Assembly (NCBI GenBank): GCA_963769025.1
Contig: CAVYKI010000009.1
Span: 640,001 to 704,000 of the forward strand
DNA: 64,000 nucleotides
Source of the DNA: an uncultured Verrucomicrobiae bacterium
GTDB taxonomy: Bacteria > Verrucomicrobiota > Verrucomicrobiia > Chthoniobacterales > Chthoniobacteraceae
Direction of reading: 5' to 3'
Each line of letters begins with the position of its first letter. The stretch's first letter is position 1. The notes below the pieces were generated by a model that ran no database searches, had not been told where the DNA came from, and worked only from the letters and a program-made list of their open reading frames with translations. Shown in pieces: positions 51,324 to 62,260 of this stretch. A program made the translations under genes and the position numbers.

Positions 51324-52576
51324 GGGAGCGGCGGTCCGCCGCCGGGCTTCCCGCCTGGAGCGCGGGTCTGGCCGACGGGCCGGCCACCGCCGTCCGGTTT
51401 CGCAACCGGTCCATCCTCCGGGATCACTTCCACCTTCGAGCCGTCCCGCAGCCGATCGACGCCGCGTGTGATCACTTTGTCCCCGGGCTTCAAGCCGTCG
51501 GTGATCAGCGTGCGATCGCGATGTGTCGCGCCAGTGGCGATGTTGCGCAGCGACACCGTGGAGTCGTCGTTCAGCACATAGGCGTAGGCGCCTTTCGCCC
51601 CGCGTTGCACGGCCGTGGCAGGTGCGACTGTCGCGCCGGCCTGCATGTCCACGAGCAGCCTCGCGATCACGAATTGGTTCGGGAACAGCGCGCCGTCGCG
51701 GTTCGGCAGTTCCGCCTTCAGCTTCAGCGTGCCCGAACTGAGGTCGATCTGGTTGTCCGTCGTGACGAGTTTGCCGACGCCGAGCGTGGCCTTCATCTCC
51801 TTGTCCATCACTTCCACCGGCACTGCGGTGCTTCCGGCGAGACGTTTTCGCACCGCGGCCACGCGTTCCTGCGGGATCGAGAAAACGAGGCCGATCGGAT
51901 CCATCTGCGTCACGATCACGAGTCCGTTGGCATCCGTTGCGCGGATCATGTTTCCGGCATCGATCTGCCGGAGTCCCGCGCGTCCGGTGATGGGCGTCGT
52001 AATCTTCGCGTAGCTGAGTTGCAGCTCCGCACTCGCGATGGCCGCACGGTCCGCCGCGATGGTCGCCTCGTATTGGCGGACCAGCGACGCCTGCGTGTCC
52101 ACCTGCTGCTTCGCGATGGAATTCTCCTTCAGCAAGGCCTGGTAGCGCGCGAGATCGGCGCGTGCGTTTTCGTGCAAGGCCTCGTCGCGGATGAGCGCCG
52201 CCTTTGCCTGATCCAGGATGACCTGAAGCGGACGCGGATCGATTTCCGCGATCAGATCGCCCTCCTTCACCATCTGGCCTTCGGCGAAATGGACCTTGTC
52301 GAGTTCGCCATCCACGCGGCTGCGCAACGTCACGACATTCAGCGGCGTCACCGTGCCTGCGAGGCTCACCCATTCCTCGAAGTCCTCCTGCTTCACCGTC
52401 TCGACCGTGACCGGCACCGGCCCGCCCATCATGCCGCCCCTCCTGCCCATGCCGGGCGATCCTGCCGCGCCCGATCCGGCTGCATCGCGCTGCGCCCACC
52501 ACCACCAGGCACCGCCGGCGAGCAATGCCAGGATTACGAGAAAACACCCGGTGCGGCGTTTGGTGGAATTTGTCAT
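51320..52576 (-). CDS. mdtA: RND periplasmic adaptor MdtA-like
   Basis: N-terminal [50 protein letters not shown]. Confidence 0.9.
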   Translation of the reverse strand: MTNSTKRRTGCFLVILALLAGGAWWWWAQRDAAGSGAAGSPGMGRRGGMMGGPVPVTVETVKQEDFEEWVSLAGTVTPLNVVTLRSRVDGELDKVHFAEGQMVKEGDLIAEIDPRPLQVILDQAKAALIRDEALHENARADLARYQALLKENSIAKQQVDTQASLVRQYEATIAADRAAIASAELQLSYAKITTPITGRAGLRQIDAGNMIRATDANGLVIVTQMDPIGLVFSIPQERVAAVRKRLAGSTAVPVEVMDKEMKATLGVGKLVTTDNQIDLSSGTLKLKAELPNRDGALFPNQFVIARLLVDMQAGATVAPATAVQRGAKGAYAYVLNDDSTVSLRNIATGATHRDRTLITDGLKPGDKVITRGVDRLRDGSKVEVIPEDGPVAKPDGGGRPVGQTRAPGGKPGGGPPLP

Positions 52577-52857
52577 CGGCAGGAGGATTACAGCCCGTTC
52601 GCAATGGTGAAAAGGACGGATGCACCGAGCTGGCAGACTGCGAACGGCGCGAGTTCTTCGGAGGGAAATGGAAGCCCATCGGCTGCTCCCGGCACGCATG
52701 GCGTTCCGCCGTCGCAACCCCGCGCCGGTTCGTCGGCTTCAGTTTTTGCCTCGTCCTTCGGATGGGGAAACGCCACGGTTCCCGACACACGTCCCGCAGA
52801 CGGCTCCATCGCGTGAGCCGCAGCGGAACCGACACTTTGCAAACCAACCAACCGATC

Positions 52858-53508
52858 ATGAAAGCAACCAGCTGCATCCTCACCACCGTCGCCCGCTGCT
52901 CCGTGCAGTGCGCGCTCGCCGCCACCGCCATGCTGTTCAGCGCATGTTCCGCGTTCATCGTGCATCCGAAACCCGCCGCCGGTGCCACCCAGCGCAACGG
53001 TGATGTGAAGTTCACCAGCGGTGGCACGACAACCGTCGGCCAGATCACCATCCGCCACGACGCCGAAAATTTTCTCGCTGAGATCACCAAGGGCCCGAAC
53101 GAGCCGCTGCTCACCATCTCCGCCAAATTCGGCTCGGACCCGAGATCGCCGGAACTTGCGGAAAAGCACATGCTCATCGCCCGCGCCACCGGCCCGCTCT
53201 CGAACGGCGGCTGGACGTGGAAGCCGAAGGAGCTGACCAAGAAGAGCTTTTCCCCGGACAAGCTGAAGGAGCCGTCCCGCGCCTGGGGCGCACTGCCCGA
53301 GGTCTTCATGTGGGGCGAGGCGCAGGCCAAGGGCGAGAGCTTCCGCGTCTGCCTGCCCGACATCGTCATGCACGCGCGCACGGGCAACGGCACGGTGCGA
53401 CGCTTCGACTATATCCGCCACGAGAATCCCACCGGCGAGGCATTGCCGATGAAGGATCTTCGCAAGCAAGCGGCGCTGGAGACGGTCATCTGCCACCTCG
53501 ACAAATAG
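52858..53508 (+). CDS. Hypothetical exported protein / lipoprotein
   Basis: Hydrophobic N-terminus with LFSAC lipobox-like motif; host-like codon usage; no family recognised. Confidence 0.6.
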   Translation: MKATSCILTTVARCSVQCALAATAMLFSACSAFIVHPKPAAGATQRNGDVKFTSGGTTTVGQITIRHDAENFLAEITKGPNEPLLTISAKFGSDPRSPELAEKHMLIARATGPLSNGGWTWKPKELTKKSFSPDKLKEPSRAWGALPEVFMWGEAQAKGESFRVCLPDIVMHARTGNGTVRRFDYIRHENPTGEALPMKDLRKQAALETVICHLDK

Positions 53509-53678
53509 GGCTCTGCGCCTCGGCCCGCACGAGGGCATTGCACCTTCCAAGGAACCGATGTGTGAGCCGCGCCGCCGGCTCAGGCGTCGGGTACATCGAC
53601 GGCGGCGCACCGTACCGGAGCAATGTGCTGCCTCCCGTTGCGAAAATCCGGGAAGCAGTTAGCGTCCCGCCCTTTTTC

Positions 53679-56415
53679 ATGAGCAACAGCAAGCCAGTGC
53701 CAGGACAGCGATGGGTCAGCGACACCGAACCGGAGCTCGGCCTCGGGATCATTCTCAAGGCCGGATTCGGACGCGTGGAGGTTTTTTTCCACGCCGCAGG
53801 CGAGCAGCGCCAGTACGCCATCGAGTCTGCGCCGCTGCGGCGGGTGCGGTTTGCGGCCGGAGACAAAATCAAGTCGCGCCAGGGCTCAGAGCTGCTGGTG
53901 GAGGCGGTGGAGGAACGCGGTGGGCTGCTCGTCTATCACTGGGCGCGCGGCGAACTCGCGGAGGCGGACCTTTCCGACTCGATCAGCTTCAGCAAACCGG
54001 AGGACCGGCTCTTCGGCGGGCACGTGGACGATCTCCACACGTTCGATCTCCGCGTGCAGGCGCTGCAGCGCCGCTGCGATCTGCGGCGTTCACCGGTGCG
54101 CGGCTTCACCGGCGGGCGGGTGGATCTGCTGCCGCACCAGATGTTCATCGCGAGCGAAGTCGCCAGCCGGCTCGTGCCGCGCGTCCTGCTCGCGGATGAA
54201 GTCGGCCTCGGAAAGACGATCGAGGCAGGGCTCATTCTCCACCGCCTGCATCTTACGGGGCGCGCCGAGCGCATTCTCATCCTCGTCCCGGAGCCGCTCG
54301 TGAACCAGTGGTTCGTGGAGCTGCTGCGCCGGTTCAATCTGCTCTTCAGCATTTTCGACGAGGAGCGCTGTGCTTCCATCCAGGAACATCAGCCGGACGC
54401 GAATCCCTTCCTGGACAGCCAGCTCGTGCTTTGCAGCATCGCACTGCTCTCGGAGAATCCGACAAGGGCGAGCCAGGTCGTCGAGGCTGGCTGGGATCTG
54501 CTGGTCGTGGACGAGGCGCATCACATGGAGTGGAGCCCCGACAACGCGGGGCCGCAGTACGCGCTCGTCGAGGCGCTCGCGCAAAAGACGCCCGGGCCTC
54601 CTCCTGCTCACCGCGACTCCGCAGCAACTCGGGCCCGAGGGACACTTCGCGCGCCTGCGCCTGCTCGACCCGGATCGCTACGCCGACCTCGCAAAATTCC
54701 TCGATGAAACCGGCCACTACGAGCAGGTCGCGCATGCCCTCGATCGCCTGCTCTCCGGCAAGCCGTTGAGCAAGGAAGACCGCGAGCTTTTCGGCAGACA
54801 ATCGCCGCGAGTCCTGCGCCACTGCGACGAACTCGCGACAGGCGGCGCCGCAGCGCGCGCGCATCTCGTGGGCGAATTGCTCGACGCGTTCGGCACCGGG
54901 CGGGTCATGTTTCGCAACACGCGGGCCTCGCTGCCCGGATTCCCAAAACGCAAGGCGCGGCTGCATCCGCTCGACGGCGCGTCGGACGAAATCGCGGCGA
55001 AGGTGAAATGGCTCGCCGAACTGCTCAAGGAACTCCCCACGGAAAAAGTACTGCTCATCTGCCGCACCCGCGAATTGGTCGAGAACATCGCCGCGCGTCT
55101 CCAGCGCGAGATGAAGGTGAACGCCGGCATTTTCCACGAGGGTCTCACGCTGCTGCAACGGGATCGCAACGCGGCGTTCTTCGCGAGCGATGAAGGCGCG
55201 CGCATCCTCCTCTGCTCGGAGATCGGGAGCGAGGGACGCAACTTCCAGTTCGCGCATCACCTCGTGCTCTTCGACCTCCCGGCGAATCCCGAACTGCTCG
55301 AACAGCGCATCGGCCGCCTCGACCGCATCGGCCAGACTTCCACGATCCAGATTCACGTGCCGTACCTGCCGGGCACGGCCGCGGAGGTGCTCGCGCGGTG
55401 GTACCACGAAGGGCTCAACGCCTTTGAAAAAAACCCGCATGGCGCCAACGAGATCGCGCGCACACAAAAGGCCGAGCTAACCGCGCTGTGCGAGGACTAC
55501 TCCGCAAAAAAGCTGCCGACCTTCATCAAGCGTACCCGCACGCTGCACGCCAGCGTCGCGGGCAAACTTGCGCGCGGGCACGACCGACTGCTCGAACTGA
55601 ATTCCTCCAAGCCCGAACGCGCGGCTGCGCTCATCGGGCAGATTCGCGAGGCGGATGCGGACACGGCGTTCGAGGAGTTTTTCGCCGATCTGCTCGATCA
55701 CTTCGGAGTCCAGGTGGATGACCTCGGCTCTCGCGCGTATCTCCTGAAGCCCGGCCACCTCCTCACCGACGCGTTCCCTTCCCTTCCCGCGGATGGGATG
55801 TCGGTGACCTTCGAACGCACGCGCGCTCTCAGCCGGGAGGATCTCGGTTTCATGACGGGCGACCATCCGCTCGTCAGCGGAGCGCTCGACCTTCTGCTCG
55901 GCTCAGAGGGCGGCAACACGGCCTTCGGAATCTGGAAAGACTCCGGCAGCGAATCCATCCTCCTCGAAGTGCATGCCGTGGTCGAATGTGTCGCGCCATC
56001 CGCGCTGCATGCGGATCGCTTCCTGCCCCCCACCCCGCTCCGCGTCGTCGTGGATCATGCGATGGCCGACCGCTCCGACGATCCCGCGGTGAGATCCGCA
56101 AAGCTCGAAAAGGGCGACATCTTCCGACTCCTCGATCGCGGGGCGATGAAGCGAAAGCTCCTCCCCGCCATGCTGGCCGCCGCGCAAACCCTCGCGACGA
56201 CCCGGATGCAGGCGGTGGTGGCCGAGGCGACGCTCGCGATGGAGACGCAACTGCAGGACGAGATCGAACGCCTCGAAACCCTGCGCACGATCAACGACCA
56301 CGTCCGCCCGTCGGAGATCGCCGCCGCACACCAGCAGAAGGCGGAACTCCATGCGGCAATCTCGTCCGCCCATCTGCGCCTCGACTCGCTCCGATTGATT
56401 CTCGGATTGAAGTAG
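53679..56415 (+). CDS. rapA: RNA polymerase-associated SNF2 ATPase RapA/HepA (+1 frameshift near 54595)
   Basis: PGQRWVSDTEPELGLG, RVLLADEVGLGKTIEA, VVDEAHH, LLTATPQQLG..GHFARLRLLDP, CSEIGSEGRNFQFA, EQRIGRLDRIGQ. Confidence 0.93.
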
Positions 56416-56478
56416 CGCAGGCATTCCAGTGGTGGCAGCGGCCTTGCCATTCACGCGGCAGCGTGTGAACTGCCGCCA

Positions 56479-57606
56479 ATGAAAACGCTCGCCGCCGTGC
56501 TTCGCCAGCGCGGGTTGCCCGCCCCCTACGCGCAAAGCAAACCGCTCGTCATCGAGGAGCTTGAGCTCGATCCGCCGGGCGAGGGCGAGGTGCTCATCGA
56601 AATGTCCGCGGCGGGACTTTGTCATTCGGATCTCTCGGTCATCAACGGCACGCGGCTCTGGCCGCTGCCCATCGTCATCGGCCACGAGGCGTGCGGCGTG
56701 GTGCGCGAACTTGGCAAAGGCGTGAAGGATCTCGGCGAAGGAGACCACGTCGTGTTCTCGTTTCTCCCGACCTGCGGCCACTGCCCGATGTGCGCGGCAG
56801 GCCGCGCGGCACTCTGCGAGCCCGGCGTGACGGCGAACCGCGCGGGCGTGCTCATCACCGGTGGAGTGCGTTTTCAGAAACCAAACGAAGGACGGGTCCA
56901 CCACCACAGCGGCGTGGCCGGCTACTCGCAGTTCAGCGTGGTCGCGCGCGAGTCCATTGTGAAAATCGAGCCAGATGTGCCGATGGAGACGGCGGTCCTT
57001 TTTGGCTGCGCGATCATGACCGGCGTCGGCGCGGTGGTGAACACGGCAAAGGTGGCCGCCGGGACGTCGGTCGCCGTGTTCGGGATGGGTGGCGTCGGGC
57101 TGAGCGTGGTGATGGGAGCGAAGGCCGCGGGCGCGTGGCCGATTGTCGCGGTCGATTCCCTTGCGGCGAAGGAATCGCTAGCGAAGCAGTGCGGCGCGAC
57201 GCATTTCGTGAATGCAGCAACCTGTGATTCCGTCGCGGCGATCCGCGACATCACCCACGGCGGCGCGGAGACCGCATTCGAGGCGGTCGGCGATGAACGT
57301 GTGATCGCGCAGGCTTTCGGCGCCACGCGGCGCGGCGGACGGACGGTGTGCATCGGCCTTCCGCATCCCGAAAAAATGCTGACGCTCCCCGCGCTCGCCT
57401 TCGCGGCCGAAGAGCGCGTGCTCATGGGCAGCTACATGGGATCGTGCGTGCCGCAGCGGGACATTCCGCGTTTCATCCGGATGTTTCGCGCCGGACTGCT
57501 GCCCGTGGACCTGCTGCGCACGCGCGAGATCCGCCTCGAAGAAGTGAACGAAGCCTTCGACCTGCTCGATCGCGGCGAAGTCGCGCGTCAGGTGATCCGG
57601 TTTTGA
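56479..57606 (+). CDS. Zinc-dependent alcohol dehydrogenase (class III-like MDR)
   Basis: GLCHSD, GHEACG, CGHCPMC...C structural Zn site, FGCAIMTGVGAV, GMGGVG. Confidence 0.92.
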   Translation: MKTLAAVLRQRGLPAPYAQSKPLVIEELELDPPGEGEVLIEMSAAGLCHSDLSVINGTRLWPLPIVIGHEACGVVRELGKGVKDLGEGDHVVFSFLPTCGHCPMCAAGRAALCEPGVTANRAGVLITGGVRFQKPNEGRVHHHSGVAGYSQFSVVARESIVKIEPDVPMETAVLFGCAIMTGVGAVVNTAKVAAGTSVAVFGMGGVGLSVVMGAKAAGAWPIVAVDSLAAKESLAKQCGATHFVNAATCDSVAAIRDITHGGAETAFEAVGDERVIAQAFGATRRGGRTVCIGLPHPEKMLTLPALAFAAEERVLMGSYMGSCVPQRDIPRFIRMFRAGLLPVDLLRTREIRLEEVNEAFDLLDRGEVARQVIRF

Positions 57607-57695
57607 TCCACGCGACCATCTGGCAGGGAGCGAGGCGCTGGGCGAAGTGAACGCTGGCTTTCCCCGTCCCGCTGCATCATTCCCAGCGGCGACAC

Positions 57696-58259
57696 ATGGC
57701 ACTCAAGGCGACCATCCATAAGGCAACCGTCCAGCTCTCCGACATCGATCGCGGGGTCTATGGCGACTACCCGCTCATCATCGCGCGGCATCCGTCGGAG
57801 ACTGACGAACGCATGCTCATCCGCCTGCTTGCCTTCGCGCTCAATGTTCCGCCTGACGACACCCGAGGCGCCATGGAATTCGCCAAGGACATGTGGGACG
57901 TCGACGAGCCCGCCCTGTGGCACCGCGATCTCACCGGGCAGATTTTGCACTGGATCGAAGTCGGCCAACCCGACGAGAAGCGCCTCCTGCGCACCACGTC
58001 GCGCGTGGACCGTGTCAGTGTTTACAGTTTCAGCAGCAGCACTCCGGTATGGTGGAAAGGCATTGCCTCGCAGCTCACCCGGGCGCGGAACCTCACCGTC
58101 TGGCAGATTCCGGCGGAGCAGAGCCGCGCCCTTGCGGGGCTCGCGCAACGTTCGATGGAGTTGCAGGTCACTGTGCAGGACGGCGGCATCTGGATCGGCG
58201 ATGGCGAGCACTCGATCGAAGTAACCCCGGCGCGCCTTCTCGAGGCGGCGACGACCTAG
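57696..58259 (+). CDS. yaeQ: YaeQ family protein
   Basis: MALKATIHKA, ARHPSETDERM, DEPALW, WIEVGQPDE, RSMELQVTVQDG. Confidence 0.93.
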   Translation: MALKATIHKATVQLSDIDRGVYGDYPLIIARHPSETDERMLIRLLAFALNVPPDDTRGAMEFAKDMWDVDEPALWHRDLTGQILHWIEVGQPDEKRLLRTTSRVDRVSVYSFSSSTPVWWKGIASQLTRARNLTVWQIPAEQSRALAGLAQRSMELQVTVQDGGIWIGDGEHSIEVTPARLLEAATT

Positions 58260-58298
58260 CTCGCGCGTCCATCCTCGGCGACGGATCGAAGCCGGGGA

Positions 58299-59237
58299 TC
58301 AATGAGCCCCGCCGGCGTTCTTCACCGCCGCGTGTGCCGTGCTGCGGAGAAATTTCGCGAAGGCCGCATCGAGCCCCGCGGGCACGAACGTGTTGTTCTC
58401 CACGCTTTTTCCGAACAGGACTTCATACCACACGCACGCGCCGAGGTACTCGCCGGCCTTGTTCGCGTGGTGTCCGTCCATGGTGAGTTTCATCGTGCCG
58501 TCGGTGCTCTTCTTCCAATTCCACCCGACATGGAGCGAATGCGTCTGGTCCGGCAGTTCGCCGGGCTTTGCCCGCTTGGAATCAAACGGCGTCGCAGGCA
58601 CGCGGAATCCCCATTGCGGATCGCGGTTCGCGAGATGGAACGCATCGCCGACGGGAATGCGCCGCACGCCGAGTTCCTTCGCGATGGTTTCGTAGGCGTC
58701 CGCGAGTCCGCGATACATCTCGTCCTGCGTCTTTGGCTCGCCGGGTTTCGGAGTCTTCGCTGAAAACCGCGAATCGTCGGCGCGATATTCCCAAGTCTGG
58801 TGCAGCAGCAGCGTCGCGCCGGGCGCGTGTTGCCGGATGTAGTCGCTCAACAGCTTCGCAAACGGGCGGTACGTCGCGATGTCGTGGCTCTTGATGCTCG
58901 CCTGCTGGAACGTCACGAAATCCCAGCGCTCGCCCGCGAGCAAATCCTTCAGACCCTTGCCTCCGGTGTAGAGCCCCAGCTTGTCTGCCGGGTCCTTCTC
59001 GAACGCCTGCACCTTGCCCCAATGCACTTCCATGCTCGATCCGCCGACATTTGCCGTCCGCAGGATCAGCGTGTCGCCCGCGGCCTTCGCGATGTCGCCG
59101 AGATAGCGTGTCGCATTGGCGGAAAAGCTGTTGCCCACCGTGAACAGGCGGACGGTCTTCGGTTGCGCGGGTGCCTCGGCAAGGCACAGCGGCGCGCAAA
59201 GGACGAGCAGTGAGAGTAAGATGCGGCGGGTGATCAT
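58299..59237 (-). CDS. DUF4886 / SGNH-like secreted protein
   Basis: Signal peptide; VGNSFS, WDFVTFQQAS, HQTWEY, IPVGDAF, DGHHAN..GEYLGACVW. Confidence 0.8.
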   Translation of the reverse strand: MITRRILLSLLVLCAPLCLAEAPAQPKTVRLFTVGNSFSANATRYLGDIAKAAGDTLILRTANVGGSSMEVHWGKVQAFEKDPADKLGLYTGGKGLKDLLAGERWDFVTFQQASIKSHDIATYRPFAKLLSDYIRQHAPGATLLLHQTWEYRADDSRFSAKTPKPGEPKTQDEMYRGLADAYETIAKELGVRRIPVGDAFHLANRDPQWGFRVPATPFDSKRAKPGELPDQTHSLHVGWNWKKSTDGTMKLTMDGHHANKAGEYLGACVWYEVLFGKSVENNTFVPAGLDAAFAKFLRSTAHAAVKNAGGAH

Positions 59238-59259
59238 GGTTCGGGATGTGATGATGACT

Positions 59260-60588
59260 TCACGGTTTTGAATCGATGCCTCCCGCACTCGCCGCGGACG
59301 CGAGGCCGACTGCATTCACGCTGCGCACGCCGTAGCGATGCTTCTCCCCGGGCTTCGCAGTCGCGTCCTTGAAGCTCATCGGCGGAGTCGCGACGACGGG
59401 AGTGTCACCGCCGGTCAACCCCTGAAACAAAGGCGTGCCGATCTTACCAACGGGCTTCTCCGGCAGGCGCGCGATCTCTTTGCCATCGCGCTCGATGATG
59501 AAACCGCCGAGCCCGCTTTCGAGATCGGCCTCCGTGCTCCACGTGAGTTCGCCGGTGGCGCTGAGACGCACGTTCGTCGGCAGAGGCGGCGGTGTGGTGT
59601 CGGCAGGACGGCCGGTCGCATTGTAGGACATCCAAGCCTTGGCCAAGGCAGCGTCCGGAAGCCAGTGCGCCGCAGCTTTGTCGCCGCTGAATTCGCTGGC
59701 AGGCTGCGCCGCGTTCGAGCCGGGTGCGGCGAGCCATGCGAGGTTCAAGTTCACGGGCTTCAGCCTCTGCGTGCCGCTGCCGGCATCGGGCAGGCGTTGC
59801 GCGAGGCAGGCGTCAAAGAATGCGATGGCCAGGTAGCGCGAGTCGCCGCACTCGTGGCCGCTGAGCGGATCGGACGCGAGTCCGCCCGGAGCGCCGTGCT
59901 CGCGCCACGCCTTGAGCATCGCGCGATCTCCGATGCGCGGCGGGCCGTGGACCTTGTCCTCCGCTTCCTTCACGCCGCCGATGAACATGAACGGCACCTC
60001 GTACACCGCGGGCGTGAGCACCGGTTTGGGAATCTCTCCACGCTGCCAGACGGCATAGGCGGAGCCGGAGCGAAAGAAGATCGCGGCGATGCGTTCGGGA
60101 TGCAGCGTGAGCATGATGCTCGACCAGAACCCGCCGCCCGAGTGTCCCCACAAGCACCACGGCACAGTCGTGAGCTCAGGGTGCTTTGATTCGTTCGCGA
60201 AATGAGCGAGCGCCTTTTGGAAAGCCGCGTCCGAGCCATTGCGCGGGTCGCACCAATTGCGGCAGTCCTTGTCCGTGAGTTGCTGATACGAAGGCCCGAG
60301 CAGCGCGCAGTCCCATTTCCGAGCGAGAGCCTGCCAATGCAGATCGTACGCTGCTGTCTTCCCGGTGAGGCCCGAGCCTTTGCCGCAACCATGCTGATGC
60401 ACGATCACCCCTCGGAGGGTCTTCACGCCCTCGGGGATCCAGATCGTGTAAGTCACCGGCATGGCCAGTTCGCCGGGCTTGTCCGATGCCTCGTAGCGGA
60501 TCGCGTAGTATGGGGGTGCGACTGGCGGGAGAGCGTCGGCGGCGAAGGAAGACGCCGCGAGCGCGAGGAGCAGGAGGGCGGTTTTCAT
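59260..60588 (-). CDS. Secreted alpha/beta hydrolase with C-terminal Fn3-like domain
   Basis: Signal peptide; VIVHQHGCG, LWGHSGGG nucleophile elbow, HECGDSRY, YGVRSVN.VGL. Confidence 0.75.
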   Translation of the reverse strand: MKTALLLLALAASSFAADALPPVAPPYYAIRYEASDKPGELAMPVTYTIWIPEGVKTLRGVIVHQHGCGKGSGLTGKTAAYDLHWQALARKWDCALLGPSYQQLTDKDCRNWCDPRNGSDAAFQKALAHFANESKHPELTTVPWCLWGHSGGGFWSSIMLTLHPERIAAIFFRSGSAYAVWQRGEIPKPVLTPAVYEVPFMFIGGVKEAEDKVHGPPRIGDRAMLKAWREHGAPGGLASDPLSGHECGDSRYLAIAFFDACLAQRLPDAGSGTQRLKPVNLNLAWLAAPGSNAAQPASEFSGDKAAAHWLPDAALAKAWMSYNATGRPADTTPPPLPTNVRLSATGELTWSTEADLESGLGGFIIERDGKEIARLPEKPVGKIGTPLFQGLTGGDTPVVATPPMSFKDATAKPGEKHRYGVRSVNAVGLASAASAGGIDSKP

Positions 60589-60602
60589 CAGGTCGCCGCC
60601 TC

Positions 60603-61480
60603 TCACTTCTTCTGCTTCGCCTTGAGCATTCCCTGCACGCGCGCCTTCTCCTTTTCCAAGGCTGCGGGTGGCACCGGCATCGGGGTGAAATCCGAGCGTG
60701 TGAGCTGTTCATCCGCGGGGATAGTGCGGAGGAGGATATTGCGAAACCACACGTCCGCGCCGTGGTCCTGCAGCCAGAGTTTGCCGCCGCGCGCCTTCAG
60801 ATCAGCGCCGCGGATGCGCAGCAATTCGATCTCCGCGGCCCACTTCGGATCGGTGTAGTCAAAGTCGATGACCTTCTCGCCGTTGAGCCAATGCTGGATG
60901 ACAGTGCCTTTGCAGACGACGCGGCCTTCGTTCCATTCACCGAGCGGTTTCGTCGCATCCTTCGATGGCGCCATGCAAAAGAACAGCGAGGCTGCGGCCT
61001 GGCGCGGGTTCTCGCCGTAGGGGCTGTTGACGTTGTCGAGCACCTGGTATTCGTACTGGCCCGGGCGGTAGTACACGCCGCTGTTGCAGCCTTTCGATAC
61101 CTTCCACTCGAAGCGCAGTTCGAAGTCATCGGGCACCGTCTTCACCGTGTAGGTCAGCGGTCCGCCCTTATGCCTTGCGAAAGAACGCGCCGTCTTCGAT
61201 GACCCAGTTGCCCTTCTGCTCCCAGCCGGTGAACGTCCGACCATCGAACAGCGACTCGAAGCCATCCGTGCCGCGCTCCATCACGAGGACCATGTCGCCA
61301 GGATCCCCCTCCCCGGCCTTTCGCCCTTCGCCAAAAGCGGGCACCGGGCTCTTCGCAGTTCACGAACAGCAAGGGATCCATGTGGTAACCGCCGGGACCT
61401 GGGCTGAAAAGTTTGCTTTCGACAAACAACGGCTCCGCGTGGGCCGCGACGATCAGGAGGAGGAAGAGGAGGCGCAGCAT
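60603..61480 (-). CDS. DUF1080 domain protein (frameshifted N-terminus)
   Basis: Signal peptide at 61480; GFESLFDGRTFTGW in a second frame; DFELRFEWK..GCNSG, EYQVLDN, GEWN, LQDHG.DVWFRNI in a third. Confidence 0.75.
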
Positions 61481-61490
61481 GGGATGGGAC

Positions 61491-61928
61491 CTACTCCGCG
61501 GACACCACGAGGACCGGGCATTTCGCGCGGGAGAGGATCTGGTTGGTCACGCTTCCGACGAGGAGATTGTAAAAGGAATTGTGCTGATGGGATCCGACGA
61601 CGATCAGATCCGCTTCCGCCTGCAGCGCCTCTTCTGCGATCCGATCGATGGTCGTGCCGTGAAACTGTCGGAGCGTCACACCCAGTCCGCACGCCCTCAG
61701 CGGTTCGGTCAGCTTTTGAAGCGCGGCCATGTCGGCCTTCAGCTCCGCTTCCGTCGGCTGATGCGGCACTGCCGGTGCCGCGAGGGGGACATCGATGGCT
61801 CCTGTCCTCACCGGCATGCCGTGCAGCACGGTCACCTGGCTTTTGAACGCTTGGGCGATCACCTGGACTTGCTTGAGGACGTTCGCGGCGACATCCGAGA
61901 AATCCACGAGGGCGATGATGGTCTTCAT
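61491..61928 (-). CDS. Universal stress protein (UspA family)
   Basis: MKTIIALVDFSD, ADLIVVGSH, LLVGSVTNQIL...CPVLVV. Confidence 0.92.
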   Translation of the reverse strand: MKTIIALVDFSDVAANVLKQVQVIAQAFKSQVTVLHGMPVRTGAIDVPLAAPAVPHQPTEAELKADMAALQKLTEPLRACGLGVTLRQFHGTTIDRIAEEALQAEADLIVVGSHQHNSFYNLLVGSVTNQILSRAKCPVLVVSAE

Positions 61929-62260
61929 ACGGAGCGCTTCTATCCGCGGACCGCGGGACAAGAAAGCTCGATTCGGCGATGGTCTCAGCGGGCGATTTGC
62001 TGAAAGAAATCCAGCCAGGAAGAGCGCCGAACCGATTTTGTATTGATGGTTGAAATAATCCCGAGTTCTATCCACCCCGATGCTGATGGCGTACCCCCAA
62101 GGTGACAAGACAGGCGGGCGCCCGGGGAGAATCGCGAACTGCGACCGGGCCCTCCCCGGGATGAAGTTTGTCCAGGGACACGGGGCTTAAGGACGGGCGA
62201 CTGCGTTGCCGTCCGAAAGCACGGCATCGTCCGCCTTTTGCACCCACGAGGAGTCTCCGC

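Noticed and set aside
48225..53393. 1722-aa giant RND fusion protein
   Set aside because: The first ~690 aa are an off-frame read through mdtA and antisense to the 52858 gene; MdtB starts at 51323.
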